The notes under the pieces are model-generated. The model was not told the origin of the DNA, did not search any database, and was given only the letters and a program-made list of their open reading frames with translations. From IMG/VR virus record IMGVR_UViG_2896003607_000008, positions 2,752 to 66,751 of that record: DNA of 64,000 nucleotides. One strand, 5' to 3'. Position 1 is the stretch's first letter. Each line of letters opens with the position of its first letter. The stretch comes from a virus. Taxonomy: Duplodnaviria; Caudoviricetes. Positions 43,918 through 53,799 of the stretch are shown one piece after another. Position numbers and translations under genes: made by a program.

Positions 43918-45014
43918 TGCCCGTTTCCTCAATGGAAAACGTCCTCTTTGAGCCTGGAATCTATTTCGGGCTGCCCGAGAAGGACTATCACGCGGACTCG
44001 TCACTCGGCTCCCACGACCTCAAGGACATCGTCCTCGATCCGGTCGAGTTTCAGCACGCGCGGCTGCATGGGAGTGAACCGAAGGAAACAATGGCCCTGA
44101 AGTGGGGCTCGGCAATTCACTGCCGGGCTCTTGAAGGTCGAGCGTCGTTCGAAGAACGATTCCCGATAGCTCCGGTGATGGCCGATTACGGCGACGATTT
44201 GTTGGTTACGATGGACCAACTCCGCGCCTACGCCAATCTGATCGGCGTTAAGGCCGGCAAGACCAAGGATCTGACTATCAAAGCGATCCGCGACTTCGAT
44301 ACCGACGTTCCGATCTGGGACGAAATCATCGCGAAGTTCGAGGCCGACAACATCGGCAAAACGATTATCCCGCGCGAGGCTCTCCGGCAGATTGAGCAAG
44401 CGTGCGCGTGGATGCAGCGGGATCGCTTGCTTGCGCCGGTGATGGAGGACGGCACAATCACCGCCGGCGCCAGCGAAGTCAGCATCTTCTACGAGGACAA
44501 TGGGGTTCGGCTTAAGGCGAGGATAGACCATCTCCTTTCCCACGCCGTGATCGACCTCAAGTCGTTCAGGCCCATCATGGCCGAGCGCAAGAACGGAGCC
44601 GCTAAGCGTGCAATCTCACGCATGCGCTACGACTTGCAGGCTGCGGCCTACCTCCGCGCGCTCCGGGCCGCTGCTGATCTCTTTTCCAGCGGTCGCGTTT
44701 TCAACAACCCGTATGACTCCAGTTTCCTCGAGGCTGTCTTCCGCGCCCTCGATGTCGCCAAGACGTCGCCCGAGAGCGAAGACGCCTTGAAGTGGGTTTG
44801 GGTCATGATCAAGGCGGCCGGCGCTCCGCAGCCCGTCGTCGCTGAATTCGACCTTTGCAGCAACATCTTCCGCCACGCCGGCGCGGAGATCGAAGACGCG
44901 GTCAACATCTACCGGGCGAACGTCGAGACGTTCGGTTTGGACCAAGACTGGGCGCCGGCCTCCGTCGTTCAACGTTGGGGCGACGGCGATTTCAATCCAT
45001 GGAGCTTTGAGTAG
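43917..45014 (+). CDS. RecE / exonuclease VIII-like PD-(D/E)XK nuclease
   Basis: PGIYFGL...YHAD, GSAIHC..LE, EVSIF, LKARID...IDLKS, YDLQAA.Y. Confidence 0.85.
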   Translation: MPVSSMENVLFEPGIYFGLPEKDYHADSSLGSHDLKDIVLDPVEFQHARLHGSEPKETMALKWGSAIHCRALEGRASFEERFPIAPVMADYGDDLLVTMDQLRAYANLIGVKAGKTKDLTIKAIRDFDTDVPIWDEIIAKFEADNIGKTIIPREALRQIEQACAWMQRDRLLAPVMEDGTITAGASEVSIFYEDNGVRLKARIDHLLSHAVIDLKSFRPIMAERKNGAAKRAISRMRYDLQAAAYLRALRAAADLFSSGRVFNNPYDSSFLEAVFRALDVAKTSPESEDALKWVWVMIKAAGAPQPVVAEFDLCSNIFRHAGAEIEDAVNIYRANVETFGLDQDWAPASVVQRWGDGDFNPWSFE

Positions 45015-45017
45015 CAA

Positions 45018-46292
45018 ATGACCGACATCATTAAGCGCGAAACCGATGGCATTCTCGACAGCCTGGCGAATGGTTCCATCGCCGACGCGTCATCATCTTC
45101 CGTGTTGATCACGGGGGATGCCTCGCTTAGCTCGCGCCTGACCTTACAATACGATATCGCGGTACGTCGCCCGCGAAGTCCTACGCGTGTGCGTACTAAT
45201 CTTCTTCAACTTGTGACCCTCGATCCGGCATCCGCCGTTGAATCGATGTATGCGATCCCGCGTGGTGGCAAGCCGGTCACTGGACCTTCTATTCGCTTTG
45301 CTGAAGCGCTCAAGCAAGCGTGGGGGAATTGCTGGGCCTCGTCCGAAGTGCGTCGAGTCAATCGTGAAGAAAAATTCGTCGAGTCGGTCGGCCTGTTTAT
45401 CGACTTCGAGACGAATGCCGTCACCGAGGCCAGCCACCAGAGGAGCATTTCCGATCGGCACGGAAAGATCTTCAAAGACGACATGATCCGCGCCACCGCG
45501 AACGCTGCATCGTCGATCGCGATGCGAGAGGCTATCCTCAAGGGGGTGCCGAAGCCGGTGTGGCGCGAGGCGTATGACGCCGTAGTTCGGATCATCGCCG
45601 GTGATATCAAGACCCTGGCACAAAGTCGGGAGTCCGCGCTTCAGGCGTTTGCGATCTACGGCGTGAAGCCGGAGCAGGTCTTTGGCGCGCTGGGCGTCAT
45701 CGGAGCCGAAGACATCCTTCTCGACCACATCCCAGTGATGCGCGGGATGTTCGCTGCGTTGAAGAATGGCGAGGCAACCGTCGAAGAGATGTTCGGCCGG
45801 CCCGAAAAGCAGTCCGCCGACCCGACTTACAATCCGCTGGTCCGGAACGGCGGCGCGCCGAAGGCGCAGGCGACCGATGCTGCCGCATCGGCAGCGGCAT
45901 CGGGTTCTGATGCGACCGAGGCCGGCCCGGCAAAGAACCATTCCGCAGGAAACGGTTCGGCGACGCGGAGCGAGCCGACCGGAGATCAATCCGCCGCCGG
46001 CGGCGAGACTGGTGAGCCCTCGACCACGGGGCGCGCCGCGGGGACGGACGGTGTTGGTGATGCGTCGCCGTCCGTCCCCGATCGCCTGCGCGGCTACAGC
46101 GGGGCTCTGCTTCGCGTTGGCTCCCCTCAAAAGCTGGGCCAGCAATCGGATGCCTGGCTTCAACAGAACGGACCGTTCTCCGGGGCTGGTGAGACCAAGA
46201 GGGCCAAGATCTACGCGGAGCACCTTCGCCGGGTCACCGGCGAGGCCGACGTGGAGGCTTGCAAGGCTGCAGTCGAGAGGATCATCGGATGA
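45018..46292 (+). CDS. Putative ssDNA-annealing recombinase (RecT position)
   Basis: Follows RecE-like gene; YAIPRGGKPVTGPSIRFAE conserved phage motif; function inferred from synteny. Confidence 0.55.
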   Translation: MTDIIKRETDGILDSLANGSIADASSSSVLITGDASLSSRLTLQYDIAVRRPRSPTRVRTNLLQLVTLDPASAVESMYAIPRGGKPVTGPSIRFAEALKQAWGNCWASSEVRRVNREEKFVESVGLFIDFETNAVTEASHQRSISDRHGKIFKDDMIRATANAASSIAMREAILKGVPKPVWREAYDAVVRIIAGDIKTLAQSRESALQAFAIYGVKPEQVFGALGVIGAEDILLDHIPVMRGMFAALKNGEATVEEMFGRPEKQSADPTYNPLVRNGGAPKAQATDAAASAAASGSDATEAGPAKNHSAGNGSATRSEPTGDQSAAGGETGEPSTTGRAAGTDGVGDASPSVPDRLRGYSGALLRVGSPQKLGQQSDAWLQQNGPFSGAGETKRAKIYAEHLRRVTGEADVEACKAAVERIIG

Positions 46293-46846
46293 CGGCAGCG
46301 CGGGCGGAGCTTCATCGATCGAATCCGGCGTCTGGCGGCGTGGTGCTGCCGATGGCGGCGGCACTCCCCAATAATCGAAGCGCCTTTGCTGCGCGCCGGT
46401 TCGGCGCCAGCATGTTTGCCCGCGCGCCGAAGATCGAGCGCAGCGTAGTCAGCGACATAGTCACCGATCAGCGGCGTCGCGATGCGCGAGATGTTCGCCG
46501 GCTTCCGCTCGACGTTGAGGCCGTCGCGATCCGGCGAGCTCTGGCGGGGTTCGCCAGGGCTCGTGTAATCCGCCCAACGGATAATGCCCTTCTCCAGCTC
46601 CGCCGCGCCGTATCCGGAGCTTTCAAAGTCGATGAGGACGCGATCTTCGGGCCCAGCCGAGCTCTCGGCGTCACTCGAATTCGCCAAATCGCGATGATGC
46701 TCGGATGCGTAGTCACGTCAGCGACGAGGGGGGAAGTCGGCCGAAAGATGTGCCGCGACCGCTCGACGGTTTGGAATGCGGAGAAACGGCTCCAACACCT
46801 GATCATCGGGATGGCCTCCACCGTCAGCCCACGGGGAGATCGGTGA
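46289..46846 (+). CDS. DnaA C-terminal HTH domain protein
   Basis: AVS..F.V....I.GPSR...V...RQIAM.L...EVGR...RDRSTV.NA. Confidence 0.75.
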   Translation: MTAARAELHRSNPASGGVVLPMAAALPNNRSAFAARRFGASMFARAPKIERSVVSDIVTDQRRRDARDVRRLPLDVEAVAIRRALAGFARARVIRPTDNALLQLRRAVSGAFKVDEDAIFGPSRALGVTRIRQIAMMLGCVVTSATRGEVGRKMCRDRSTVWNAEKRLQHLIIGMASTVSPRGDR

Positions 46847-47751
46847 TGGCTGCGAGGACTGGGATTTCTTACGCCTGCGCGACCGTCAACTTCGTGATCG
46901 GGTGTACTCCGGTTGGGCCTGGCTGCGACGGCTGCTACGCCTCCGCCTTTGCATTTCAGAAGTGGAGGATTGTCTTCGAAGCCGGCGGCGAGCGCCGCCC
47001 GACCAAAGTCGCCTTCCAAGACCCTCTGCGATGGCACGCCGCGCGCATGGCTGGCAAGTCGACCATGACGATCGCCGGCGAGCAGGTCTTGCTGCCGCTT
47101 TGGATCTTCGCGTGCTCGCTAAGCGATTTCTTCGACAACGAGTGGCCGGATGGGCTGCGCGACCGCGCCTGGGCCATCATCCGAAACACCCCCTCGCTAC
47201 GCTGGATGCTGTTCACCAAGCGCATCGGCAACGTTCCGAAAATGCTGCCGGCGGACTGGGGCGACGGCAGCGATTACCAGCATGTCGGCATCGTCGCCAC
47301 CACCGTGAACCAGGCCGAACTTGACCGTGACGCCGACAAGATCCGCCGCGTTAAGTATGACTTCGGCGTGAAATGGACCGGCCTGTCGATCGAGCCGCAA
47401 CTCGAAATGATCGACATCAATGGCATCTTGCCGGACGTCGACTTGGTGATCAGCGGCGGCGAGTCCAAACAGACAGGACATCTGCCGCGGCCATACGACT
47501 TGGCCTGGCCACGCTCGCTTCTACGGCAATGTCGCTCTGCTTCGCGACCGGTACCGTTTTGGCAGAAGCAGATGGGCGATGCGCCTTTTGACTTCGGCAA
47601 GCCGCTCTCGTTTCCTGGCAAGGGCGACGATCCGCAGTATTGGCCGCTTGACCTCCGCGTTCAGGAGCGCCCGCGCATCTACGATGAGCAAGCGCAGCCT
47701 GCACCTTACCGTTGCGCTGAAACATCGGACCTGTTCGGGGGCGCCGCATGA
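46846..47751 (+). CDS. Phage Gp37/Gp68 (DUF5131) radical-SAM-like protein
   Basis: GCT.VGPGCDGCYA, IFACSLSDFFD, LFTKR, LSIEP.L, VISGGES, FWQKQMG. Confidence 0.9.
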   Translation: MAARTGISYACATVNFVIGCTPVGPGCDGCYASAFAFQKWRIVFEAGGERRPTKVAFQDPLRWHAARMAGKSTMTIAGEQVLLPLWIFACSLSDFFDNEWPDGLRDRAWAIIRNTPSLRWMLFTKRIGNVPKMLPADWGDGSDYQHVGIVATTVNQAELDRDADKIRRVKYDFGVKWTGLSIEPQLEMIDINGILPDVDLVISGGESKQTGHLPRPYDLAWPRSLLRQCRSASRPVPFWQKQMGDAPFDFGKPLSFPGKGDDPQYWPLDLRVQERPRIYDEQAQPAPYRCAETSDLFGGAA

Positions 47752-48122
47752 ACAGGAAAGACCGTCGCCGCTCCGAAAAGCTGGCACGAGATGCTCGGCC
47801 GGAAGACATCCTCCCCGGATCGTTCGCGCCAGTACGCGGGCTCGAAACGCTCGGCAAGCGGGACGTGATGACCGAGCTACTCAACTCTTTGCAGAAGATC
47901 ATGCCGGGCTGGCAATTCACACTCTTCATGTTTGAGCCGCCGGAGGCTGCAGCGGCGGAGAACCGACTCCCCGCGATGAACTACGGCTCGACGGTCGATC
48001 GCGCCGACATGCTCGCGGTGATGAAGGCCTTCATCATGAAGAACGAAGATCCCGCCGAGTACGAACGCTTGGCAAAACTCGACGATTTTCATTTGCGGCA
48101 GTCCACCAAAGGCACCGCCTGA
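47748..48122 (+). CDS. Hypothetical protein
   Basis: ATGA overlap; MNY.S..DR.DM motif. Confidence 0.65.
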   Translation: MNRKDRRRSEKLARDARPEDILPGSFAPVRGLETLGKRDVMTELLNSLQKIMPGWQFTLFMFEPPEAAAAENRLPAMNYGSTVDRADMLAVMKAFIMKNEDPAEYERLAKLDDFHLRQSTKGTA

Positions 48123-48163
48123 TCAACTAATTCGCCATCACCACAACCCAAAGGGAGATTTGC

Positions 48164-48766
48164 ATGACCATCACGAACAGACGTATTGCCGTCTTCATCG
48201 ACGGTGCGAACCTGTACGCCACCGGAAAGACCCTCGGCTTCGACATCGACTACAAGCGGCTGCTGTCCGAATTCCAGTCGCGCGGGAATCTGATACGCGC
48301 CTTCTACTACACTGCCGTGATCGAAGATCAGGAGTACACATCGATCCGGCCGCTGATCGATTGGCTCGATTACAACGGCTACAGCGTGGTGACCAAGGCG
48401 ACGAAGGAATTCGTCGACGCCTCCGGCCGCCGCAAGGTCAAGGGAAACATGGACATCGAACTCGCTGTCGATGCCATGGAGCTGGCCGACCGCATCGACG
48501 AGATGGTGCTGTTCTCGGGCGACGGGGATTTCCGTTCGCTGGTCGAAGCTGTGCAACGCCGCGGCGTGCGCGTCACCGTGGTGTCGACCATCTCCAGCCA
48601 GCCGCCGATGATCGCCGATGAACTGCGGCGTCAGGCCGACACCTTCACCGATCTTGTCGAACTGCAATCGAAGATCGGCCGTGATCCGGCTGACCGGTCG
48701 ATCCCGCGGGAAATCCGCGAGACGCGGTTTCGGGCGCCACGCCCGATAGCGGGTCCTGTCGGCTGA
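48164..48766 (+). CDS. NYN (LabA/DUF88) PIN-fold protein, host-like
   Basis: FIDGANLY, KGNMDIELAVDAM, LFSGDGDF, ADELRRQAD. Confidence 0.92.
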   Translation: MTITNRRIAVFIDGANLYATGKTLGFDIDYKRLLSEFQSRGNLIRAFYYTAVIEDQEYTSIRPLIDWLDYNGYSVVTKATKEFVDASGRRKVKGNMDIELAVDAMELADRIDEMVLFSGDGDFRSLVEAVQRRGVRVTVVSTISSQPPMIADELRRQADTFTDLVELQSKIGRDPADRSIPREIRETRFRAPRPIAGPVG

Positions 48767-48788
48767 ACGCCGACGCCACGGTCAAACA

Positions 48789-48986
48789 ATGACTCAGCGG
48801 ACAACTGACATGCACTTCGCACAAGTCGAGGCAGCGCGGATGTACGACACAATCGAGCTGCTCATCCTCACCTTCGTTCTCTTGTTCGCCCTCGTGACGC
48901 TGATCCTCAAGCGGCCGTGGCGATGCAAAGAGCACGACGTCGTGCTGGTGCAGAGCGACGTCGACGATCAGACCAAGGTTTTGTAG
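48789..48986 (+). CDS. Small membrane protein
   Basis: One hydrophobic helix. Confidence 0.4.
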   Translation: MTQRTTDMHFAQVEAARMYDTIELLILTFVLLFALVTLILKRPWRCKEHDVVLVQSDVDDQTKVL

Positions 48987-48989
48987 TTC

Positions 48990-50108
48990 ATGACGTGGTC
49001 TGCTCAACAAGAGCGAGCGCTCAGGGCAGCTCGGGCCTGGTACCGGAAGAAGAACGGCCCGCAGATCTTCCGGCTGTTCGGCTTCGCCGGTACCGGGAAG
49101 ACGACCCTATCTCGTGAGATCGAGACGATCGTGCGCGAGCGCGGCGCCGACCGGAAGGGAGACGTGCTGTATGGCGCCTTCACCGGGAAGGCGTCGCTGG
49201 TGATGCGGAAAAAGGGCTGCCGCGGCGCCTCGACCATCCACAGCATGATCTACCGGATCGACGAGGAGACGGCCGGGATCCCGCAGTTCGTTCTCAACGA
49301 GCACAGCGACGTCCGGGACGCGAAACTCGTAATCATCGACGAGTGCTCGATGGTCGGCGCCGAGCTGGCCCATGACCTCCTTAGCTTCGGCACCAAGGTG
49401 CTGGTCCTGGGCGACCCGGCTCAGCTCCCCCCGGTGAAGGATGCCGGCTTCTTCACGAACGCTCCTCCTGATTTCATGCTCACCGAGGTGCACCGCCAGG
49501 CGCGCGATAATCCGATCATCCGCATTTCGATGGACATTCGGGAAGGCCGCGCGCTCGAGATCGGCGACCACGGCGCTTGCAAGGTCATCCCCCGTGGTCA
49601 GCTGGATCCGCAGAAGGCTATCTCGACCGACATGATTCTGGTCGGGAAGAACCAGACTAGAACCAGCTGCAACCGACGACATCGTGAGCTCAACAAGATC
49701 GACAGCCTGATCCCGGTTCCTGGCGAGCGCCTCGTTTGCCTGAAGAACGATCGACAGCTCCATCTCTTCAACGGCGGCATCTGGAACGCCGTCGAGATCA
49801 GGAAGGCGAACGCAGCGTCGGTCCGGATGATCGTTGCGCCGGAGGACGCCGGCGACACAGCGCGACCGGCCGAAGTCAACGTTCATCCCTACTTTTTCGA
49901 AGGCCGCGAAGGCGAACTCAATCATGACGACCTGATCGGATTCCAGCAGTTCACGTTCGGCTACGCGCTCACCGTCCATAAATCCCAGGGCTCACAGTGG
50001 AATGACGTCGTGCTGTTCGACGAGAGTTCGGTCTTTCGGCAAGAGCGCAGCCGATGGCTCTACACCGGCGTGACCCGCGCCGCAGAAACACTGACCGTGG
50101 TGATCTAG
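48990..50108 (+). CDS. RecD/Dda-like SF1B helicase
   Basis: GFAGTGKTT, IIDECSM, GDPAQLPPV, HRQA, YALTVHKSQGS, YTGVTRA. Confidence 0.93.
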   Translation: MTWSAQQERALRAARAWYRKKNGPQIFRLFGFAGTGKTTLSREIETIVRERGADRKGDVLYGAFTGKASLVMRKKGCRGASTIHSMIYRIDEETAGIPQFVLNEHSDVRDAKLVIIDECSMVGAELAHDLLSFGTKVLVLGDPAQLPPVKDAGFFTNAPPDFMLTEVHRQARDNPIIRISMDIREGRALEIGDHGACKVIPRGQLDPQKAISTDMILVGKNQTRTSCNRRHRELNKIDSLIPVPGERLVCLKNDRQLHLFNGGIWNAVEIRKANAASVRMIVAPEDAGDTARPAEVNVHPYFFEGREGELNHDDLIGFQQFTFGYALTVHKSQGSQWNDVVLFDESSVFRQERSRWLYTGVTRAAETLTVVI

Positions 50109-50387
50109 ATGACCGATACCAGCTATCCATTTCTCCGGGTCGCGCGAGAGCAGCGCATTCCGTACCGCGATGTGCTCGCCTATCGCGATGCCGTCCTGAA
50201 GCTTTCTGGGATGGCGGAAAAGCCATCCGCCAACGTCGTCGACGATTATCGTTGGGACTACTGGGAAGCTGCAGCCGTTAGGTCTCTCCGTACTAACGAA
50301 CCTGCTCGCGCTGCCATCATCGACGCGATCATGGCGGAGTCCGCGCGCCGCGCACGAGTAATGTTCAACGACGGATTGGAGGGTTGA
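50109..50387 (+). CDS. Hypothetical protein
   Basis: Abuts helicase stop. Confidence 0.6.
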   Translation: MTDTSYPFLRVAREQRIPYRDVLAYRDAVLKLSGMAEKPSANVVDDYRWDYWEAAAVRSLRTNEPARAAIIDAIMAESARRARVMFNDGLEG

Positions 50388-51220
50388 ACGTGGCCGATCG
50401 TCCAATCCTCTTCAGCGCTCCGATGATCGCCGCCCTGCTTGCCGGCCACAAGACGATGACCCGCCGGATTCTGAGCCCAGAGAATCTACGTATCTGGACC
50501 GGGGGGCTCGATCACGGCGGAAGGCACGTGAAGCCGGACGCGGGCCTATTCGCCGCGGCGATGAACAATGCTCGTAGCTTCCGCCTGTGCGACGGCGTCC
50601 TGGCATGGGTCACAGATCCGGCTCCGCATCAGCGCGGTGCGGCTTTGGCACAGTGGCAGGGGCGCATCCCCTACAATATCGGCGACCGCCTGTGGGTGCG
50701 CGAGACCTATTACCAGATCGGCCATTGGGAACCGATCGAGGGCGCAGTGACGCGCAAGGGCCGCCGACAGAAGTGGGGCTTCGTTGCCGATAGCGACGAG
50801 ATCACCTTCAATCCGCCGGCGGAATATCGGAAGGGCCGACACGCCGCCGATCCATCGACGTCGTGTTGGCATCAGCGGCTCGGCCGGTTCATGCCGCGCA
50901 AATACTCTCGCCTTACGCTGATCGTCAGCGGTACGAAGATCGAGCGGCTGCAGGATATCAGCGAAGCTGATGCGATCTCTGAAGGTATCCAGCAAAAGAT
51001 CATCGGCGTGCACCACGGCTCGGATGACCGCGCCGTGAGCCAGGTAGCCTATTCGGCCGACTTCACCTCCGGCGCCTGCCCGACAGCGATCTGGGCTTTC
51101 CGGATTCTGTGGTGCGATCTTCACGGTGGCGAAAGCTGGCGGGCAAACCCCGAGGTCGTTGCGCTGAGCTTCCGCGTGATCCGCGCCAACATCGACAGCG
51201 ATGAGGTGCAAGCAGCATGA
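50384..51220 (+). CDS. ASCH/PUA-like phage protein
   Basis: RPILFSAPMI.ALL.G.KT.TRR, GDRLWVRET, FMPR..SRLTL, ERLQDISE.DAI.EG. Confidence 0.75.
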   Translation: MNVADRPILFSAPMIAALLAGHKTMTRRILSPENLRIWTGGLDHGGRHVKPDAGLFAAAMNNARSFRLCDGVLAWVTDPAPHQRGAALAQWQGRIPYNIGDRLWVRETYYQIGHWEPIEGAVTRKGRRQKWGFVADSDEITFNPPAEYRKGRHAADPSTSCWHQRLGRFMPRKYSRLTLIVSGTKIERLQDISEADAISEGIQQKIIGVHHGSDDRAVSQVAYSADFTSGACPTAIWAFRILWCDLHGGESWRANPEVVALSFRVIRANIDSDEVQAA

Positions 51221-51537
51221 CCCAGAACGCAATGACGCCGGCGCAATGTCGAGCGGCGCGCGCAATCCTCAAGTGGTCAATGGCTCGTCTGGCGAAGAAG
51301 TCCGGGATCAGCAGCCGCACGATCTACTTGTTTGAAGGAAGCGTCGACGGTTCGACCGGTATCCGGGACACCACCATCTCGATCTTGATCGAGACGTTTC
51401 GCATTGCCGGAGTGACTTTCGTCCGGGATGACGATTCAGTCTCCGTCAGGTTGGCAGCTAATCCTGCCCATGAAGATCCCGCACGCCAGGCTTCGTTCGT
51501 ATTCACAGCGGCAATTGGCGGGGTCTCTGCAGCATGA
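51217..51537 (+). CDS. XRE HTH protein
   Basis: TPAQCRAARAIL.WS...LA..SGIS..TI..FE. Confidence 0.85.
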   Translation: MTQNAMTPAQCRAARAILKWSMARLAKKSGISSRTIYLFEGSVDGSTGIRDTTISILIETFRIAGVTFVRDDDSVSVRLAANPAHEDPARQASFVFTAAIGGVSAA

Positions 51538-52040
51538 CCAAGGCCACCCCCACCTCACACATCACGTCCCTTGGCGATTCAGCCAGCGATCGCGCTTGGC
51601 AAGCAGCGTTTGACGAGATGCGGGCTGCCGACACGAAGCCGACGGTGTTCACGCAGCAGAACACCCCTCGCAACCGCGAGGTGTTCCTTCTGACCGTCCT
51701 GCATCACGCCGGGCCCAACAGCGTCCAAATCTCGACCGACGGAGACCCGGCAAACGCGAAGTGGGTGCCGCTGTTCTCGAGGCAGGGCAAGAGCATCGCA
51801 AAGCTGATCCATACCGAGGTCGAGCGGTCGGCTGACCGACCCGGCATCCAGATCTACCGGATTCCCGGATGGCTCGCTGTGGATCGCGGGTTCGCGCAAG
51901 CTCGCCGGCCGGAGCTCTCCGATGCGTGCACCTGGACTGTTGAACAACGCCAGGCGTGGAGCGAGGCGAGAAAGCGCTGGGAACGCGCCGCTGGATTGCT
52001 ACCAAAGAAGCTCATGCCAACCCGGAATTCGGTCGCTTGA
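51534..52040 (+). CDS. Hypothetical protein
   Basis: Coupled ORF. Confidence 0.6.
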   Translation: MTKATPTSHITSLGDSASDRAWQAAFDEMRAADTKPTVFTQQNTPRNREVFLLTVLHHAGPNSVQISTDGDPANAKWVPLFSRQGKSIAKLIHTEVERSADRPGIQIYRIPGWLAVDRGFAQARRPELSDACTWTVEQRQAWSEARKRWERAAGLLPKKLMPTRNSVA

Positions 52041-52097
52041 ACATGGCAAAGGCGCCTCGCGGAGGGGTGGCGAAGACAACTAACAGTTTAGCCAGGA

Positions 52098-52430
52098 GTG
52101 AAGATGGCCTTTCTTGATCAAGTTATTTGGTGGCTTGGGGTCGCTGCGCTTGTGGCGATCTCATTCGCCGCGGTTATCGCAATATCGTTCTTCCTGTTGT
52201 GGCTGATGCTGAAATTCATCCCGCGTTGGCACGTTGGCGTTCCCCACAACGACGGGGAGCTCTGCTTCTACGATCGGAGCCGCATCATTTCCGGGAAAGG
52301 CGGGGTCCGCATTGAAGGAGACCGCCGCATGGTCAACGCGCCACTTCGTATTAAGTGGTGGTTTGGCTGCAGCTACCGACATTCGCCGAAATGGTTCTTC
52401 GGCCTGATCCGCTGGGAGCCGCGACAGTGA
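52098..52430 (+). CDS. Membrane-anchored hypothetical protein
   Basis: N-terminal TM helix, AGGAG RBS. Confidence 0.55.
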   Translation: MKMAFLDQVIWWLGVAALVAISFAAVIAISFFLLWLMLKFIPRWHVGVPHNDGELCFYDRSRIISGKGGVRIEGDRRMVNAPLRIKWWFGCSYRHSPKWFFGLIRWEPRQ

Positions 52431-52464
52431 CGTCGCTTACGCCCCCTACGCAGGAAATAGAACA

Positions 52465-52788
52465 ATGAGCCTTGAAGACGTCGCCAGAGAGTATTTCGAG
52501 AAGTTCGGTGAGGCTGAATACCGCTACGATAAACGGCATGTTACCTGGACCAAGTTTCGTCGGGAACCAGGGTACCATTGCTCGCCGACCGGCCCTGGAA
52601 CCGAAGTTAGCAAAGAAGAATACGACGCGAACATCGCTCAATCCGATCGCTGCCGCAGTGAAGCGTTCATGGGTCGCTTCCAACAGTCGTATTGGCTGTA
52701 CGGAAGGACAATGAGCAAACCGGGGTGGCGGGAACGTCTAATCGATGACGTGAAATCACTCTCGCTCCTCCAGCAGCAGAGCGACTGA
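52465..52788 (+). CDS. Hypothetical protein
   Basis: AGGA RBS; coupled to next gene. Confidence 0.6.
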   Translation: MSLEDVAREYFEKFGEAEYRYDKRHVTWTKFRREPGYHCSPTGPGTEVSKEEYDANIAQSDRCRSEAFMGRFQQSYWLYGRTMSKPGWRERLIDDVKSLSLLQQQSD

Positions 52789-53297
52789 TGCCCATCCTCC
52801 CAGCCGGAAGCTTTCGCGTTAGCGATTACCGCAAGACAATCCCGGAGCGGGTTAAGCGCGAGGTGATCGCGCGCGACCATGATTTCGATCACCGGCCGCC
52901 GTTGTGCGACAGAGACTACGACACCGAGGCCGGCGACTTCATACCGCCGCAGCATGACCCGGCGCACATCTTCGCCACGCCGAAGCCGGAGCACCGCGAG
53001 TTGACGACTGGCCGGAAGGAAGGCGCCGAGAAGACGGTGACGACGCGAGGCAGCGACGTCGGCGAGCGGGCACGGATACGCGACATTCGCACCAGCGAGA
53101 TGATTCATCAGGCCAAGCTGGCATCACGAGCCGGAGACTCCGCTCGAGCTGCCGAGCTGCTGTCCTCAGTACCGAAGAAATCACGGCTGAAGCCTAAGCG
53201 AAAAATCAGGAGCCGGCCGCTCGACAGCAGAAAGACCAACCGATTTGGCAAGCGTCAGCGCACCGCCAATAGCAACCTGGAGAAAGTCGATGAATGA
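52788..53297 (+). CDS. Degenerate HNH-like protein
   Basis: DFDHRPPL..R...HIFA....EH...T, basic tail. Confidence 0.5.
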   Translation: MPILPAGSFRVSDYRKTIPERVKREVIARDHDFDHRPPLCDRDYDTEAGDFIPPQHDPAHIFATPKPEHRELTTGRKEGAEKTVTTRGSDVGERARIRDIRTSEMIHQAKLASRAGDSARAAELLSSVPKKSRLKPKRKIRSRPLDSRKTNRFGKRQRTANSNLEKVDE

Positions 53298-53799
53298 GAC
53301 TGCGATCGGCGGTGATCCGAGCGTCAATTGCCATCCGGACGTGATCGAGCAGCTCCGACAGGAGAACAAACTGCTCTCTCTGGTCCTCTCCGACATCTAC
53401 ACCGAACTGAAGTCCGACCACGACAATGAGGCCGCTTTGACCGAGATCCGGCGGCTCCACGATGTCGAGGAGCGGGAGGCGGAGTCGCACCAGGTTATGC
53501 TCCGTCTCTTCGATTGGGTGCACATCTGGGGGGCCGATGTCGGCACCTGGGCCGACCCGAGCACGGCAGAGAAGCTGATCTCGCTCGCCAGGATCCGTGG
53601 ACCGCAGAAATCGGATGCCGACTACTTCCTCAACAATGAGGGAACGTTGGATGCTCTGCTCGAGAAGATCTTGGCTGAACCACACCCGCTCACTTCTTTG
53701 ACACAGGTTCCCCCCGATTCAGCCGAGACCGAGCGCCCTTCAATCACGAGCATGATCCTCGCGCATTACGGCGAGTCAGAATTGAACGGAGTGGTGTGA
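53290..53799 (+). CDS. Hypothetical protein
   Basis: GGAGA RBS before MNETAIG. Confidence 0.6.
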   Translation: MNETAIGGDPSVNCHPDVIEQLRQENKLLSLVLSDIYTELKSDHDNEAALTEIRRLHDVEEREAESHQVMLRLFDWVHIWGADVGTWADPSTAEKLISLARIRGPQKSDADYFLNNEGTLDALLEKILAEPHPLTSLTQVPPDSAETERPSITSMILAHYGESELNGVV

